64,000 nt of DNA, taken from the NCBI RefSeq assembly GCF_964204645.1, contig NC_134035.1, forward strand, positions 1,922,001 to 1,986,000, read 5' to 3'. The stretch comes from Tubulanus polymorphus (taxonomy: Eukaryota > Animalia > Nemertea). Below are positions 27,145 to 41,929 of this stretch, piece after piece. The translations under genes were made by a program, and so were the position numbers. The notes under the pieces are model-generated. The model had not been told where the DNA came from. It was given only the letters and a program-made list of their open reading frames with translations, and did not search any database. Every line of letters begins with the position of its first letter. Position 1 is the stretch's first letter.

Positions 27145-27315
27145 AGTTATGTATTGTAATATATGTATTGTATTATGTATTGTATTATGTATTGTACCAT
27201 GTATTATATTATGTATTGTATTGTATTATGTATTTTACCATATATTGTAATATGATATGTATTGTACCATGTATTGTATTATGTATTGTAATATGTATTG
27301 TATTATGTATTTGTA
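27145..27315. repeat. Degenerate (tgtat/tatt)n simple repeat
   Basis: Recurring atgtattgtatt units. Confidence 0.85.
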
Positions 27316-28972
27316 ATTACTCTTCCAACTCGGTTCTCTCTAATTAGTGTCAGTCTGCCTATAAATACTGATTAGTAGCGAAAGCTTGTGCGTCAAATAA
27401 ACCTATATTGTATACTTATACTTGTCTCGTTATAATTATTCTAAACCCGGTTTATACCCCAGGCTCCTCTACGGAATAAGGGAACATCGTGTTTTAATTC
27501 CTGATTCGGACCCACTGTCGCAGCCTTCGTCAGTGGACACAGGACAACTCGGGCTGGATTCGAACCACTGAAAGCAGCAGGCCCATTTCTCTTGGACATT
27601 GAGGAAAACTTCTAAGACAAAGATTCGATTTTCAGCCTTCTTCGACGAAGAGAACTTCAGTGGGACAATACTCAGAATTCGAACTTGTGGAATGAACCTG
27701 TTTCGGAATTTTCTGCGAAGCTTCATTTTTCTAGAGGAAAATAAATCAATTTCATATCGGTAACTATTACGACGAGTAATAGGAAAAATTGTGCCGAAAT
27801 TGAGAGTATTGAAACAAACACAGCTAACCTACACGGCTGTCTGGAATCAGTTGTTTCGGGATGAAAAATTTGCAGAAAATTCCGAAACATTTTCATTCCA
27901 TCACGAGGAGACTGAAATTGACTGGTGACCCGCGTACGCTGGGCGAACTTTGGTTATCGGAGTTAGTCGCGACTATAGTCGAACTAAGTGAAACCGAATA
28001 ATGTCAGTTAGTCGGAACCATAGTCTGGAAATAGTTCGGAAATAAAGCGCATTCGGTTATTAGTTCCGACCACTAGTCGACTAGATACGAGAACTGAATT
28101 TGGCCCTTACTGAGGAACTAGGATTCTGACCCGGCGGACACGACCATCAGCCAGGAACAAGATAGTCCCGACCAGTCTGACCAGTGTGTGGTCGGCGGAT
28201 GAGAGAGGATTAATGTACAAGGCAAGCAACATCGGAGCCTCGCTTGGAAGGTCTCCACTGAAGGCGCTGCGATGCACTAATCTCGGTAAGTGGACTTTAT
28301 ATGAATAACATGACACTAAACGCAGACGCGAATTTCTTTTTCACACCAGGTCCGCCATTTTGTTACTACATGTGAAATGCTATCACGTGATCTCAACATG
28401 TAAACGCAACAACTGCCGGTATACATAAAACACGTGTTCCTTTTAAACAGGAATAAGTTGAATAACGAAACCTACTAAGTAACAAAACGAAAATTGGAGT
28501 CTAGAATATAATCTTTAATTAAAATGTTAATAAAATTGGGGAATTATTTGTTTTATTACATTTTGTTACATAAATTTGCAGCATTTTGGTTACTCTGTCT
28601 CTACTACGTACGACTCTAACTCTTAGGCCATTTAGACCGAAGAGCATTCGAGATTGATCGTCACGTTTGCACGACTGCTCTGTTCAACTGAATCGATTTT
28701 AGAGAATAAAATTTAATTTGCTTGAAATTCTTCCTTTGGCATGTGAGCCTATCGCTTTACCGGATACTAATACATTCCGCTGACAAAAGAGTTCTATCAA
28801 AAATGGTTTGAAATTCATTTTAAAAGGATGATCCCCTTCGAAAAACCTTAAACGATAGTAGAATTATTCATATACAATGGAATCGTATTAAACATTGAAC
28901 GAAATTCGACTAAGAAAAATATCTTTATTACTCGCATGCCACAGTATGGTAGCGAGGCTGTGTTAGATATCT

Positions 28973-29604
28973 ACCGTACAGTGCTGCCCCTATGAATTAC
29001 GACAGCGGAATTTCTGTGAACTAAAATAGTGGCGCATATTTACCGCCGGAATTTAAATTTCCTTATTACGTACAATACGGACCAGTGTGACGCCTAATTC
29101 TGATTGACTATGATACTATGGATACGTTCTGAATTTTGTATGATATTGCCTTATTTTTTAGGTAACATATTTAATTCCTTTCAGCTAAAATTCACTTACT
29201 TATCAATTAATATAGTATTTATATACAGAATAACTTATTTGTTTACATTTTTGAATGATAATTTATCATCTGAATCGACAAAATGTCCATATTTTTTCTT
29301 CGATATATTCTAAATGCGCGCAAATAATCAGGGAACATACAAACACCTGTCGCTCTCTCCCAGACCATACTAGAAATACCCCGATTCAAATTTACTCTTT
29401 CAAACTCTTATTCTTTTATAGAAAAATTGTTTGCTTCAAACGTTTCAGAGCAGTTTTCAGAGTTTGAGAATTTTTCTCGGAATCCGGCCCGCAAATCGGT
29501 AATTAGTTCGTCCACTACGGCCGTTCGAAGACTCTGGCAAGCGAATATTATGTTAGTTCACGTTTTCCACGCTATCGTTATACATAGGGGCAGCACTAGA
29601 CGGT
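28973..29604. mobile_element. ~630-bp module with ~55-bp imperfect TIRs inside each array unit (also 23768-24353 truncated, 32005-32620, 35055-35656, 38061-38690)
   Basis: Left end accgtacagtgctgcccctatgaattacgacagcg..gtgaactaaaata. Right end tatgttagttcac..cgctatcgttatacataggggcagcactagacggt. Confidence 0.7.
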
Positions 29605-32600
29605 CGAGATTGAATTGATCGCGCTATTTTTACTGTGGAGCGGGCTCAATTCAATCGCTAATTCTTTATTTACAGTGAACTATTCCTTCAATTGGTAAAG
29701 ACTTTAAAGCCACGATGATTTTAAATGTACGAATTTTGATATTGGGTAAAAATATAAGAATTCATGATATTTCATGTCCTCAGGGACGCACAGGGGGACC
29801 TCACTCCAGTTTTCGCAGACATGTCACGACACAGTGAAGCCGTGACTCGACCAGTTAGTTACAATGGCTTTCTCCTCCCACTGCCACAGGCTGGGCTCTT
29901 GTGTAAAACGAGAATCTGTTAATCCAGTGCCGTACTGAAAACTGCTGAAAACTTTTGCTTAAGCCTTTACTATGTCAGAGTTATTGTGCTGTTTTGCTTC
30001 CTTTTCACCCATCCTCCCCCAACCTCTCATCCCAACCTCTCACCCCATCCTCCCTCAACCTCTCACCCCATTGTCCCTCAATCTCTCACTCCATCCTCCC
30101 CAACCTCTCAGTCAGTCTCGCTGTTAATGTGATTTCAATTTTATATTTCAGGTTTTCTTCAGGCTGTCGTGTAAACTTCATCACAAATACTGGATGTGGT
30201 GGACTTCAACTGAAATTTATCACAGTTTTACTTCTTCAGTCAACTTCTTCTGGACTACTAGTGAACTAACTGGACTACTAGTGAACTAACCGGACTATTA
30301 GTGAACTAACTGGACTACTAGTGAACTAACCAGACTATATGTGAACTAACTGGACTATTTAGTCAACTAACCGGACTTAGTGATTGATATTCATAAAAAA
30401 ACAGTCATTGGTGGACTCCAGGAGGTGTGGAACTCTGTATGTGGATTTGTGGAACTCGGTGGACTACCATTACTGCTAGACAAGAGCTGGTGAGTGTGTG
30501 AGTAGAATTTCTTATAAGTTTCCCAAACAATTATGAGAAAGCAGTTTATCTGTAAACACTGTTTACTGCATTTCATGAGAATTGTCAATGGGGTTATTTG
30601 AAGCAGCCTGTAATTGTGTTGCAGAAATTATAATTCAGGGTTTTAGTAAGAGCATCAATTTCTGCCTTAAGAATTAATTGAATATTTGACATCATTGAAT
30701 AAAATTCGTTTTTGGGCCGAATTTCCCAGGCAAATTTCATTAAAATTTGTGACGAAATTAAGGGGGTCAAAACACGAAATCCTGAATATCTCATTTTAGG
30801 TGCTTCGGATCCAAAATCTAACCCCATATTCGCAATCAGCACCCCAAAAAACACGTCTGCACAAAATTTCATTAAAATTGGGCCAAAAAAATATTTTTAC
30901 TTTGTACCCCATTTTGGGGTGCATATTTTGGGCATGAAAACCCTTATTTGCCCATGCAGATGAATTCCGATTCAAAATCTGATTTCGGATCCGGAATCTA
31001 CACCTCAGAATACATATTCCTACCAAATTTCGAAGGAATCAGAGAAAAAAAAGTTTTCGCCGAAAAAAAACTCCTGACCTTAGATTTTTGCCATTTTTGG
31101 CCAAAAAACCGAATCTCTTCGATTTGCTTGAAATTTGAGTCCTTTATATTTTCAGGGGTGCTGATTCCAAATCTGCAATCAGATTTTGAATATCTTGAAA
31201 ACTCTGGGATCCAAGGCCTTTTGAAAAATTAGGGGTCCCCCAAAAAATTCGAATTTCTCATTTTCTGGGCAGCGGATCCGAAAAATTCGTTCAGATTTGC
31301 GATCAGCACCCTTTACTACATGTCTGAACGGAATTTCATCAAAATCGGAGACAAAAAATATTTTACCCCTGACACCCATTTTGGGGAGTAGCCTACCTTA
31401 GATTGCCATTTCTCTGATACACCGGTAACTAGACTTAACTCTAACTGTGTATAACTGATTGGTGGCATCAAATTTATTAACTTTCATTTATATCTTTTAG
31501 GATGTTTGTCATCATTAGGATGGAATTATTGACTTTTTGAGTTTGATGATCAGGATCAGATGAACTGGATAAATATGTGTGGGCAGTGTTAGAACTCACC
31601 GGGAGGATAAACAAACAAACGAACACATATTGGGAGAACTTGACTTCAAATTTACTCTTAAGCATTATTCTTTAATAGTTTCTGAGCATTATTTCTGGTT
31701 ACAGCGTTAGTTGTAGTTGAATGCACTAATTTAGAGAATAAAATTAAATTTGCTTGAAGTTCTTCCTTTGGCATGTGAGCCTACCGCTTTACCGTATGCT
31801 AATACATTCCGCAGACAAAAGAGTTCTATCAAAAATGGTTTGAAATTCGTTTTAAAAGGATGATCCCCTTCGAGAAACCTTAAACGATAGTAGAATTAGT
31901 CATATACAATGGAATCGTATTAGATAATCAACGAAATTCGGCTAAGAAAAATATCTGTATTGCTCGCATGCCACAGTAAGATCGCAAGGCTGAGTTAGAT
32001 ATTTACCGTACAGTGCTGCCCCTATGAATAACGATAGCGGAATTTCTGCGAACTAAAATAGCGCATATTTACCGCCGGAATTTAAATGTCCTTATTACGT
32101 ACAATACCGACCAGTGTGTCGTCTAATTCTGATTTAATATGATACTATGAATACGTTCTGAATTTTGAATATTTTTTAGGTATCATATTTAATCATTTTT
32201 AGCTAAAATTTACTTACTTATCAATTAATATAGTATTTGTATACTGAATAAATTATTCATTTTCATTTTTTGATGATAATCTATAATCAGAATTGACAAA
32301 ATGTCCATATTTTTTCTTCGATAAAGTCTATTTGCGCGCAAATAAACAGGGAACATACAAACACCTATCGCTCTCTCCCAGACCATACTAGAAATACCCC
32401 GATTCATCTTAACTCTTTTAAGGCTAATCTTTTATAGACAAATTGTTTGGTTCGAACGTTTCAGAGCAGTTTTCAGAGTTTGAGAATTTTCCTCGGAATC
32501 CGGCCCGCAAATCGGTAATTAGTTCGTCCACTCCTGCCGTTCGAAGACTCTGGCAAGCGAGTATTATGTTAGTTCACATTTTCCACGCTATCGTTATACC

Positions 32601-35600
32601 TAGCGGCAGCACTAGACGGTCGAGATTGAATTAATCGCGCTATTTTACTGTGGAGCGGGCTCAATTCAATCGCTAATTCTTTATTTACAGTGAACTATTC
32701 CCTCAATTGATAAAGACTTTAAAGCCGCGATGATTCTAAATGTACGAATTTTGTTATTGGTAAAAAAGATAAGAATTCATTCACGATGTTTCATTTTCAG
32801 TCCTCAGGTACACACACTTTAGGGGGACCTCACTCACTCCAGACCCACGGGCCACAGTGACTTTGCAGACACTTCGACAGTCAGTGACTAGTGAGGCCGG
32901 GACCTACTCAAATTTAGTCTGAATCAGTCAGTCGTTTTTACTACGGGTTCTGGGTTGTTTAGGGAACGACGGTTAGGTGCTAGACTAACAGGGACCTCAC
33001 TCGGTGTCAAAAACCACTTTCTAGCCTACACGGGCCGCACTACCCTAGCCGCTTGCATTGCACATGGTGCAGCAGGCGATAGTTTCACAAATCTTGATGA
33101 ACTGTTCTTCAACTTCCTCCGGCACCACATCTTGTTCAGCAGGTTAAGACCAGCTGACTCGACCATTTAGTTACACCAGCTTTCTCCCACTGCCACAGGC
33201 TGGGCTCTTGTGTAAAACGAGAATCTGTTAATCCAGTGTGACTGAAAACTGCTGAAAACTTTTGTTTAAGCCTTTACTTTGTCAGAGTAATTGTACTGTT
33301 TTGCTCTCTTTTCACCCATCCTCCCTCAACCTCTCACCCGACCCTCCCTCAACCTCACAAACCACCCTCTTCAACCTCTCACCCCATCCTCCCCAACCTC
33401 TCACCCCATCCTCCCTCAACCTCTCAGTCAGTCTTCCTGTTAATGTGATTTCAATTTTATATTTCAGGTTTTCCTCTGTCGGGCTGTGGTGTAGTACTCG
33501 ACGTGGTGGACTTCAACTGAAATTTATCACAGTTTTACTTCTTCAGTCAACTTCTTCCGGACTACTAGTGAACTAACTGGACTACTAGTCAACTAACCGG
33601 ACTATTAGTGAACTAACTGGACTATTTGTGAACTAACCAGACTATATGTGAACTAACTGGACTATTTAGTCAACTAACCGGACTATAAGTGGAGTGATAC
33701 TCATAAAAATACAGTGTGGAACTCTGTATGTGGATTTGTGGAACTCGGTGGACTACCATTACTGCTAGACAAGGGCTAGTGAATGTGTGAGTAGAATTTC
33801 TTATAAGTTTCCAAAACAATTATAAGAATATGTATTCATCAATTTTAATTTGTGAAAATAAATTATATTATGTTCATTTCTTGTATTTTGTTTGTTGAAT
33901 TGCATAGAGTTTTGCATTTAAGATTTTGATTTTATTCGGGCAGTTCCTACGGACCGGTCATACCGGAATATAAGGAGTTTTAAAGGGAGAACTTTTCATA
34001 TTTCGAGCAAGTGTCTGCTTCGCTTGCCCAATAACTGTAGACTCTCCTACAGTCGTTTCGTAAGCAAATTTTTAGAATCGACTGAATTCATGAATTTGCA
34101 AGTAAGACTTGCAAATTCATGACCATGACCGAATGTTTTCATCTATTACTACATCATATTTTTCAGGTTGGAGGCGCAAGGCGTTGGAGGTGCATATATT
34201 TGAAACAATATATCTCGTCGCGCTCGACTAACTGGAGCCACAAGCCTTTTTCCTGTTTGGCGTAACAGTATTTCTCAGCCGAGGGCTATCACCATTCACT
34301 TCTTACTCTTCACCATCAGAATACATTACCACATATTTCCTGAAGATGAAAATTTGGCCAAAATGACTGTCATGTCTGTTTTTAGGATGTTTGTCATCAT
34401 TAGGAACTATAGTACCGGTATTTATTGACATTTTTGTTTGTTGATCAGGACTACATCGAACTGGATGTTGGCAAGCGTTAGAACTCACTGAGAGGATAAA
34501 CAAACAATCGAACACATATTGGGAGAACTTGACTTCAGTTATAGTGAACTTTACGAGGACTAAATATGTGACACTACCGATTTGCTTTTGAACTAAAAAC
34601 AGGGCAACTGAAAAAAAACTGTGTGGCATCTAGAACCTGTCGTTCTCTCCCAGATGAAACTAGGAATATCCCCAATTCAAATTTACTCTTAAGCCTAATT
34701 CTTTCATAGAAAATTGTTCCTTTAATAGTTTCAGAGCATTTTTTCTGGTTACAGTGTTAATGGTAGTTGAATGCACTATTTTAGAGAATAAAATTTAATT
34801 TGCTCAGAATTCTTCCTTTGGCATGTGAGCCTATCTCTTTACCGGATGCTAATACATTCCGCTGACAAAAGAGTTCTATCAAAAATGGTTTGAAATTCGT
34901 TTTAAAAGGATGATCCCCTTCAAAAAACCTTAAACGATAGTAGAATTATTCATATACAATGGAATCGTATTAAACATTGAACGAAATTCGGCTAAGAAAA
35001 ATATCTTTATTACTCGCATTCCACAGTAAGATAGCCAGGCCGAGTTAGATATCTACCGTACAGTGCTGCCTCTATGAATTACGATAGCGGAATTTCTGTG
35101 AACTAAAATAGTAGCGCATATTTACCGCCGGAATTTAAATTTCCTTATTACGTACAATACGGACCAGTGTGGCGCCTAATTCTGATTGGATATGATACTA
35201 TGAAAACGTTCTGAATTTTGTATGATATTTCCTAATTTTTTAGGTAACATATTTCATTCTTTTTAGCTAAAATTCACTTACCTATCAATTAATGTAGTAT
35301 TCATATACAGAATAACTTATTCGTTTACATTTTTGAATGATAAAATTGACAAAATGTCCATATTTTTTCTTCGATATATTCTAATTGCGCGCAAATAATC
35401 AGGGAACATACAAACACCTGTCGCTCTCTCCCCGACCATACTAGAAATACCCCGAGTCAAATTTACTCTTTCAAGGCTTATTCTTTTATAGAAAAATTGT
35501 TTGGCCAGACGTTTCAGAGCAGTTTTCAGAGTTTGAGAAATTTCCTCGGAATCCGGCCCGCAAATCGGTAATTAGTTCGAAGACTCTGGCAAGCGAGTAT

Positions 35601-38600
35601 TATGTTAGTTCAAATTTTCCACGCTATCGTTATACATAGGGGCAGCACTAGATGGTCAAGATTAGATCGCACTATTTTTACTGTGGAGCGGGCTCAATTC
35701 AATCGCTAATTCTTTATTTACAGTGAACTATTCTCTCAATTGATAAAGACTTTAAAGCCACGATGATTTTAAATGTACGACTTTTGAATTGGGTAAAATG
35801 GATAAGAATTCATCATATTTTATGTCCTCAGGGCCCGGGACGCACAGGGAGACCTCACTCCAATTGACTTCGCAAGCACGTCACGACACACTAGTGAGGC
35901 CGGCCAGGCCCTGACTCGACCAGTTAGTTACAATGGCTTTCTCCCTGCCACAGGCTGGGCTCTTGTGAAAAACGAGAATCTGTTAAACCAGTGTGACCAG
36001 GGGACTGAAAACTGCTGAAAACCTTTGCTGAAGCCTTTAGGCTACTATGTTAGAGTAATTGTACTGTTTTGCTCCCCTTTTCACCCATCCTCCCTCAACC
36101 TCTCACCCCATCCTCCCTCAACCTCTCACCCCATCCTCCCTCAACCTCACCCAACCTCATCATCCCATCGTCCCCAACCTCTCACCCCATCCTCCCTCAA
36201 CCTCTCACTCCATCCTCCCCCAACCTCTCACCCCATCCTCCCCCAACTTCTCGCAGTCAGTCTCCCTGTTAATGTGATTTCAATTTTATTTTTCAGGTTT
36301 TCCTCTGTCGGGCTGTGGTGTTAACTTCATCACGAATACTGGACGTGGTGGACATCAACTGAAATTTATCACAGTTTTACTTCTTCAGTCAACTTCTTCC
36401 GGACTACTAGTGAACTAACCCGACTATATGTGAACTAACCGGACCATTTAGTCCATTTAGGACCATTTAGATTGATACTCATAAAAAACAGTCAGTGGTG
36501 GACTCCAGGAGGTGTTGAACTCTGTATGTGGATTTGTGGGACTCGGTGGACTACCATTACTGCTAGACAAGGGCTGGTGAGTGTGAGTAGAATTTCTTAT
36601 AAGTTTCCCAAACAATTATGAGAAAGCAGTTTATCTGTAAACACTGTTCACTGCATTTCATAAGAATTGTCAATGTGGTTATTTGAAGCAGCCTGTAATT
36701 GTGTTGCAGGAATTATAATTCAGGGTTTTTAGTAAGAGCATCAATTTCTACCTTAAAAATTAATTAAATATTAAAAATTAATTGAATATTTGACATCATT
36801 GAATAAAAATCGTTTTTGGACCGAATTTCGAGGGCGAATTTCATCAAAATTTGTGACGAAATTAAGGGGGTCAAAACACGAAATCCTGAATATCTCATTT
36901 TAGGAGCCTCGGATCCTAAATCTAACCTCATATTTGTACCCAGCACCCCAAAAAACATGTCTGCACTAAATTTTATTAAAATTGGGCCAAAAAAATATTT
37001 TGACTTTGTACCCCATTTTTGGGGTGCATATTTTGGGCATTAAAACCCTTATTTGCCCATGAAGATGAATTCCGATTCAAAATCTGATTGCGGATCCGGA
37101 ATCTACACCTCAGAATACATATTCCTACCAAATTTCGAAGGCCTTAGATATTTGCCATTTTTGGCCAAAAAATCGAATCTCTTCGATTTGCTTGAAATTT
37201 CAGTCATTTATATTGTCAGGGGTGCTGATTCCAAATCTGCAATCAGATTTTGAATATCTCGAAAACTCTGGGGTCCAAAGCCTTTTGAAAATTTAGGGGT
37301 CCCCCAAAAAATTCGAATTTCTCATTTTCTGGGCCTCAGATCCTAAAAATTCGTTCAGATTTGTGATCAGCACCCCAGAATACATGTCTAACCGGAATTT
37401 CATCAAAATCGGAGACAAAAAATATTTGACCCCTGACACTCATTTTGGGGAGTAGCCTACCTTAGATTACCATTTCTCTGATATACCGGTAACTAGACTT
37501 AACTCTTACACTGTGTATAACTGTTTGGTGGCCTCAAATCTATTAAGTTTCATTTATATCTTTTAGGATGTTTCTCATCATTAGGATGGAATTATAGACT
37601 TTTTGAGTTTGATGATCAGGATCAGATGAACTGGATAAATATGTGTTGGCAGTGTTAGAACTCACCGGGAGGATAAACAAACAAACGAACAAATATTGGG
37701 AGAACTTGACTTCAAATTTACTCTTCTTTAATAGTTTCCGAGCATTATTTCTGGTTACAGTGTTAGTGGTAGTTGAATGCACTATTTTAGAGAATAAAAT
37801 TAAATTTGCTTGAAGTTCTTCCTTTGGCATGTGAGCCTACCGCTTTACCGGATGCTAATACATTCCGCAGACAAAAGAGTTCTATCACAAACGGTTTGAA
37901 ATTCGTTTTAAAAAGAGAATCCCCTTCTAAAAACCTTAAACGATAGTCAAATTATTCATATACAATGGAATCGTATTAGATAATCAACGAAATTCGGCTA
38001 AGAAAAATATCTGTATTACTCGCATGCCACAGTAAGATAGCGAGGCTGAGTTAGATATTTACCGTACAGTACTGCCCCTATGAATAACGATAGCGGAATT
38101 TCTGTGAACTAAAATAGTAGCGCATATTTACCGCCGGAATTTAAATTTCCTTATTACGTACAGTACCGACCAGTGTGTCGTCTAATTCTGATTAAATATG
38201 ATACTATGGATACGTTCTGAATTTTGTATGATATTTCCTTATTTTTAGGTAACATATTTGATTTTTTTAGCTAAAATTCACTTACTTATCAATTAATATA
38301 GTATTTGTATACAGAATAAATTATTCATTTTCATTTTTTAATGATAATTTATCATCAGAATTGACAAAATGTTCATATTTTTTCTTCGATTATAGTCTAT
38401 TTGCGCGCAAATAAACAGGGAACTTACAAACACCTGTCGCTCTCTCCCAGACCATACTAGAAATACCCCGATTCAAATTAACTCTTTTAAGGCTCATTCT
38501 CTTATAGAAAAACTGTTTGGTTCGAACGTTTGAGAGCAGTTTTCAGAGTTTGAGAATTTTCCTCGGAATCCGGCCCGCAAATCGGTAATTAGTTCGTCCA

Positions 38601-39321
38601 CTCCTGCCGTTCGAAGACTCTGGCAAGCGAGTATTATGTTAGTTCAAATTTTCCACGCTATCGTTATACATAGCGGCAGCACTAGACGGTCGAGATTGAA
38701 TTAATCGCGCTATTTTACTGTGGAGCGGGCTCAATTCAATCGCTAATTCTTTATTTACAGTGAACTATTCCCTCAATTGATAAAGACTTTAAAGCCGCGA
38801 TGATTCTAAATGTACGAATTTTGATATTGGTAAAAAAGATAAAAATTCATACATGATATTTCATTTTCATGTCCTCAGGTACACACACAGTTTAGGGGGA
38901 CCTCACTCCAGTGACTTCGCAGACACTTCACGACAGTCAGTGGAGGCCGGGACCTACTCAAATTTAGTCTGAATCAGTCAGTCGTTGTTACTACGGGTTC
39001 CGGGTTGTTTGGGTAACGACGGCTAGGTGCTAGGCTAACAGGGACCTCACTCGGTGTCAAAAACCACTTTCTAGCCTATACGGGCCGCACTACCCTAGCC
39101 GCTTGAATTGCACATGGTGCAGCAGGCGATAGTTTCACAAATCTTGATGAACTGTTCTTCAACTTCCTCCAGCACCACATCTTGTTCAGCAAGTTACACC
39201 AGCTTTCTCCCACTGCCACAGGCTGGGCTCTTGTGTAAAACGAGAATCTGTTAATCCAGTGCCGTACTGAAAACTGCTGAAAACTTTTGCTTAAGCCTGA
39301 GTTATTGTGTTTGCTTCTCTT

Positions 39322-39730
39322 TTCACCCATCCTCCCCAACCTCTCACCCCACCCTCCCTCAACCTCTCAACCCACCCTCCCCAACCTCTCACCCCATCCT
39401 CCTTAAACCTCTCACCCCATCCTCCCCAACCTCTCACCCCATCCTCCCTCAACCTCTCACCCCATCCTCCCCAACCTCTCATCCCATTGTCCCTCAACCT
39501 CTCACCCCATCCTCCCCAACCTCTCATCCCATTGTCCCTCAACCTCTCACCACATCCTCCCCCAACCTCTCATCCCATCCTCCCCCAACCTCTCACCCCA
39601 TCCTCCCCCAACCTCTCATCCCATACTCCCTCAACCTCTCACCCCATCCTCCCCAACCTCTCACCCCATCCTCCCTCAACCTCTGACCCCATCCTCCCCA
39701 ACCTCTCACCCCATCCTCCCTCAACCTCTC
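39322..39730. repeat. C-rich ~24-bp minisatellite (cccatcctccctcaacctctcac); shorter tracts at about 30004-30110, 33312-33426, 36080-36250
   Basis: Tandem copies. Copy number differs between array units. Confidence 0.9.
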
Positions 39731-41334
39731 AGTCAGTCTCCCTGTCAATTTTATATTTCAGGTTTTCTTCGGGCTGTTGTGTAAACTTCATCACAAATAC
39801 TGGACGTGGTGGACTTCAACTGAAATTTGTCACAGTTTTACTTCTTCCGGACTACTAATGAACTAACTGGACTATAAGTGGATAAAAAAACAGTCAGTGG
39901 TGGACTCCAGGAGGTGTGGAACTCTGTATGTGGATTTGTGGAACTCGGTGGACTACCATTTCTGCTAGACAAGGGCTAGTGAGTGTGTGAGTAGAATTTC
40001 TTATAAGTTTCCAAAACAATTATGAGAAAGCAGTTTATCTGTAAACACTGATTTCTGCATTTCATAATAATTGTCAATGTGGCTATTTGAGGCAGCCTGT
40101 AATTGTGTTGCAGGAATTATAATACAGGGTTTTTAGTAAGAGCATCAATTTCTACCTTAAAAATTGATTGAATATTTGATCATTGAATAAAATTCGATTT
40201 TGGGCCGAATTTCCCAGGCAAATTTCATCAAAATTTGTGACGAAATTAAGGGGGTCAAAACACGAAATCCTGAATATCTCATTTTAGTTGCCTCGGATCC
40301 AAAATCTAACCCCATATTCGTAATCAGCACCCCAAAAAACATGTCTGCACTAAGTTTCATTAAAATTGGGCCAAAAAAATATTTTGACTTTGTACCCCAT
40401 TTTTGGGGTGCATATTTTGGGCATTAAAACCCTTATTTGCCCATGAAGTTGAATTCCGATTCAAAATCTGATTGCGGATCCAGAATCTACACCTCAGAAT
40501 ACATATTCCTACCAATTTTAGAAGGAATCAGAGAAAAAAAAGTTTTCGCCGAAAAAAAACTCCTGGACACCTTAGATTTTTGCCATTTTTGGCCAAAAAA
40601 ACCGAATCTCTTCGATTTGCTTGAAATTTTAATCCTTTATATTTTCAGGGGTGCTGATTCCAAATCTGCAATCAGATTTTGAATATCTCGAAAACTCTGG
40701 GGTCCAAGGCCTTTTGAAAATTTAGGGGGGTCCCCCAATAATTCAAATTTCTCATTTTCTGGGCCTCAGATCCGAAAAATTCGTTCAGATTTGTGATCAG
40801 CACCCAAGAATACATGTTTATACTGAATTTCATCAAAATCGGAGACAAAAAATATTTGACTTCTGACACTCATTTTGGGGAGTAGCCTACCTTAGATTGC
40901 CATTTCTCTGATACACCGGTAACTAGACTTAACTCAAACTGTGTATAACTGATTGGTTGCCTCAAATCTATAAAGTTTCATTTATATCTTTTAGGATGTT
41001 TGTCATCATTAGGATGGAATTATTGACGTTTGTGTTTGATGATCAGGACTACATCAGATGAACTGGATAAAATATGTGTTGGCAGCGTTAGAACTCACCG
41101 GGAGGATAAACAAACAAACGAACAAATATTGGGAGAACTTGACTTCAGTTATAGTGAACTTTATGTCCACGAGGACTAACTATGTGATGACTTTGCTGCT
41201 GATGGGATAAATATCTGTTTGAACTAAAAACTGTAAAACTAAAACTACTGACGGCATCTAGAATCTACCGGATAGAAAACAACGAGGAACATAGAAGTTC
41301 AGGTGATATACAATCCCCTCTCTGTCTCTTTCTA

Positions 41335-41800
41335 TCATCTCTCATCTCTCATCCTCATCTCTCATACTCATCTCCCATACTCATCTCTCATACACATCCT
41401 CATCTCACTCTTTCATCCTCATCTCATACTCATCTCTCATACTCATCTCATTCTCATCTCTCATACTCATCTCTCATACTCATCCTCATCTCACTCTTTC
41501 TCATTCTCATCTCATACTCATCTCTCATACTCATCTCTCATACACATCCTCATCTCACTCTTTCATCCTCATCTCATACTCATCTCTCATACTCATCTCA
41601 TTCTCATTTCTCATACTCATCTCTCATACTCATCCTCATCTCACTCTTTCTCATTCTCATCTCATACTCATCTCTCATACTCATCTCTCATACTCATCCT
41701 CATCTCACTCTTTCATCCTCATCTCTCATACTCATCTCATTCTCATCCTCATCTCATTCTCATCTCTCATCCTCATCTCTCATCCTCATCTCTCATTCTG
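41335..41800. repeat. Degenerate (CTCAT)n pyrimidine-rich satellite with an internal ~132-bp duplication
   Basis: Direct reading. The ORF 41303-41857 is a repeat translation. Confidence 0.9.
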
Positions 41801-41929
41801 GTCTCATTCACCATCTACCGGGTTGTGATAGGAACTAGTTCCTGTCTCGCCCGGTAGATGGCATTATTTTTTTGATAAAATTTGTTTAAGCAATGGATAA
41901 ATATGAGTTCCCCTGCAGCCTGTCAGTAC

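Larger units (their letters stand above)
23370..41265 (+). repeat. Composite tandem array: five ~3-3.5-kb units (copy 1 truncated) forming a higher-order dimer
   Basis: Core tttagagaataa(a/g)att(t/a)aatttgct...ctttggcatgtgagcc recurs near 23493, 28698, 31730, 34778 and 37784. Units share a TIR module and a hairpin. Several also carry a C-rich 24-bp minisatellite and a 20-bp repeat. Confidence 0.92.

Noticed and set aside
27469-27726. RING-like tail CCFQWFESSPSCPV on the - strand
   Set aside because: The other RING ligands are absent and there is no supporting exon structure.
34620-41265. Helitron 3' ends at ggcatCTAG
   Set aside because: No GC-rich subterminal hairpin, and the next base is A rather than T.
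29104-41857. Numerous recurring 60-180-aa ORFs in the array and satellites
   Set aside because: They are translations of repeats, frames are not preserved between copies, and no domain is recognisable.
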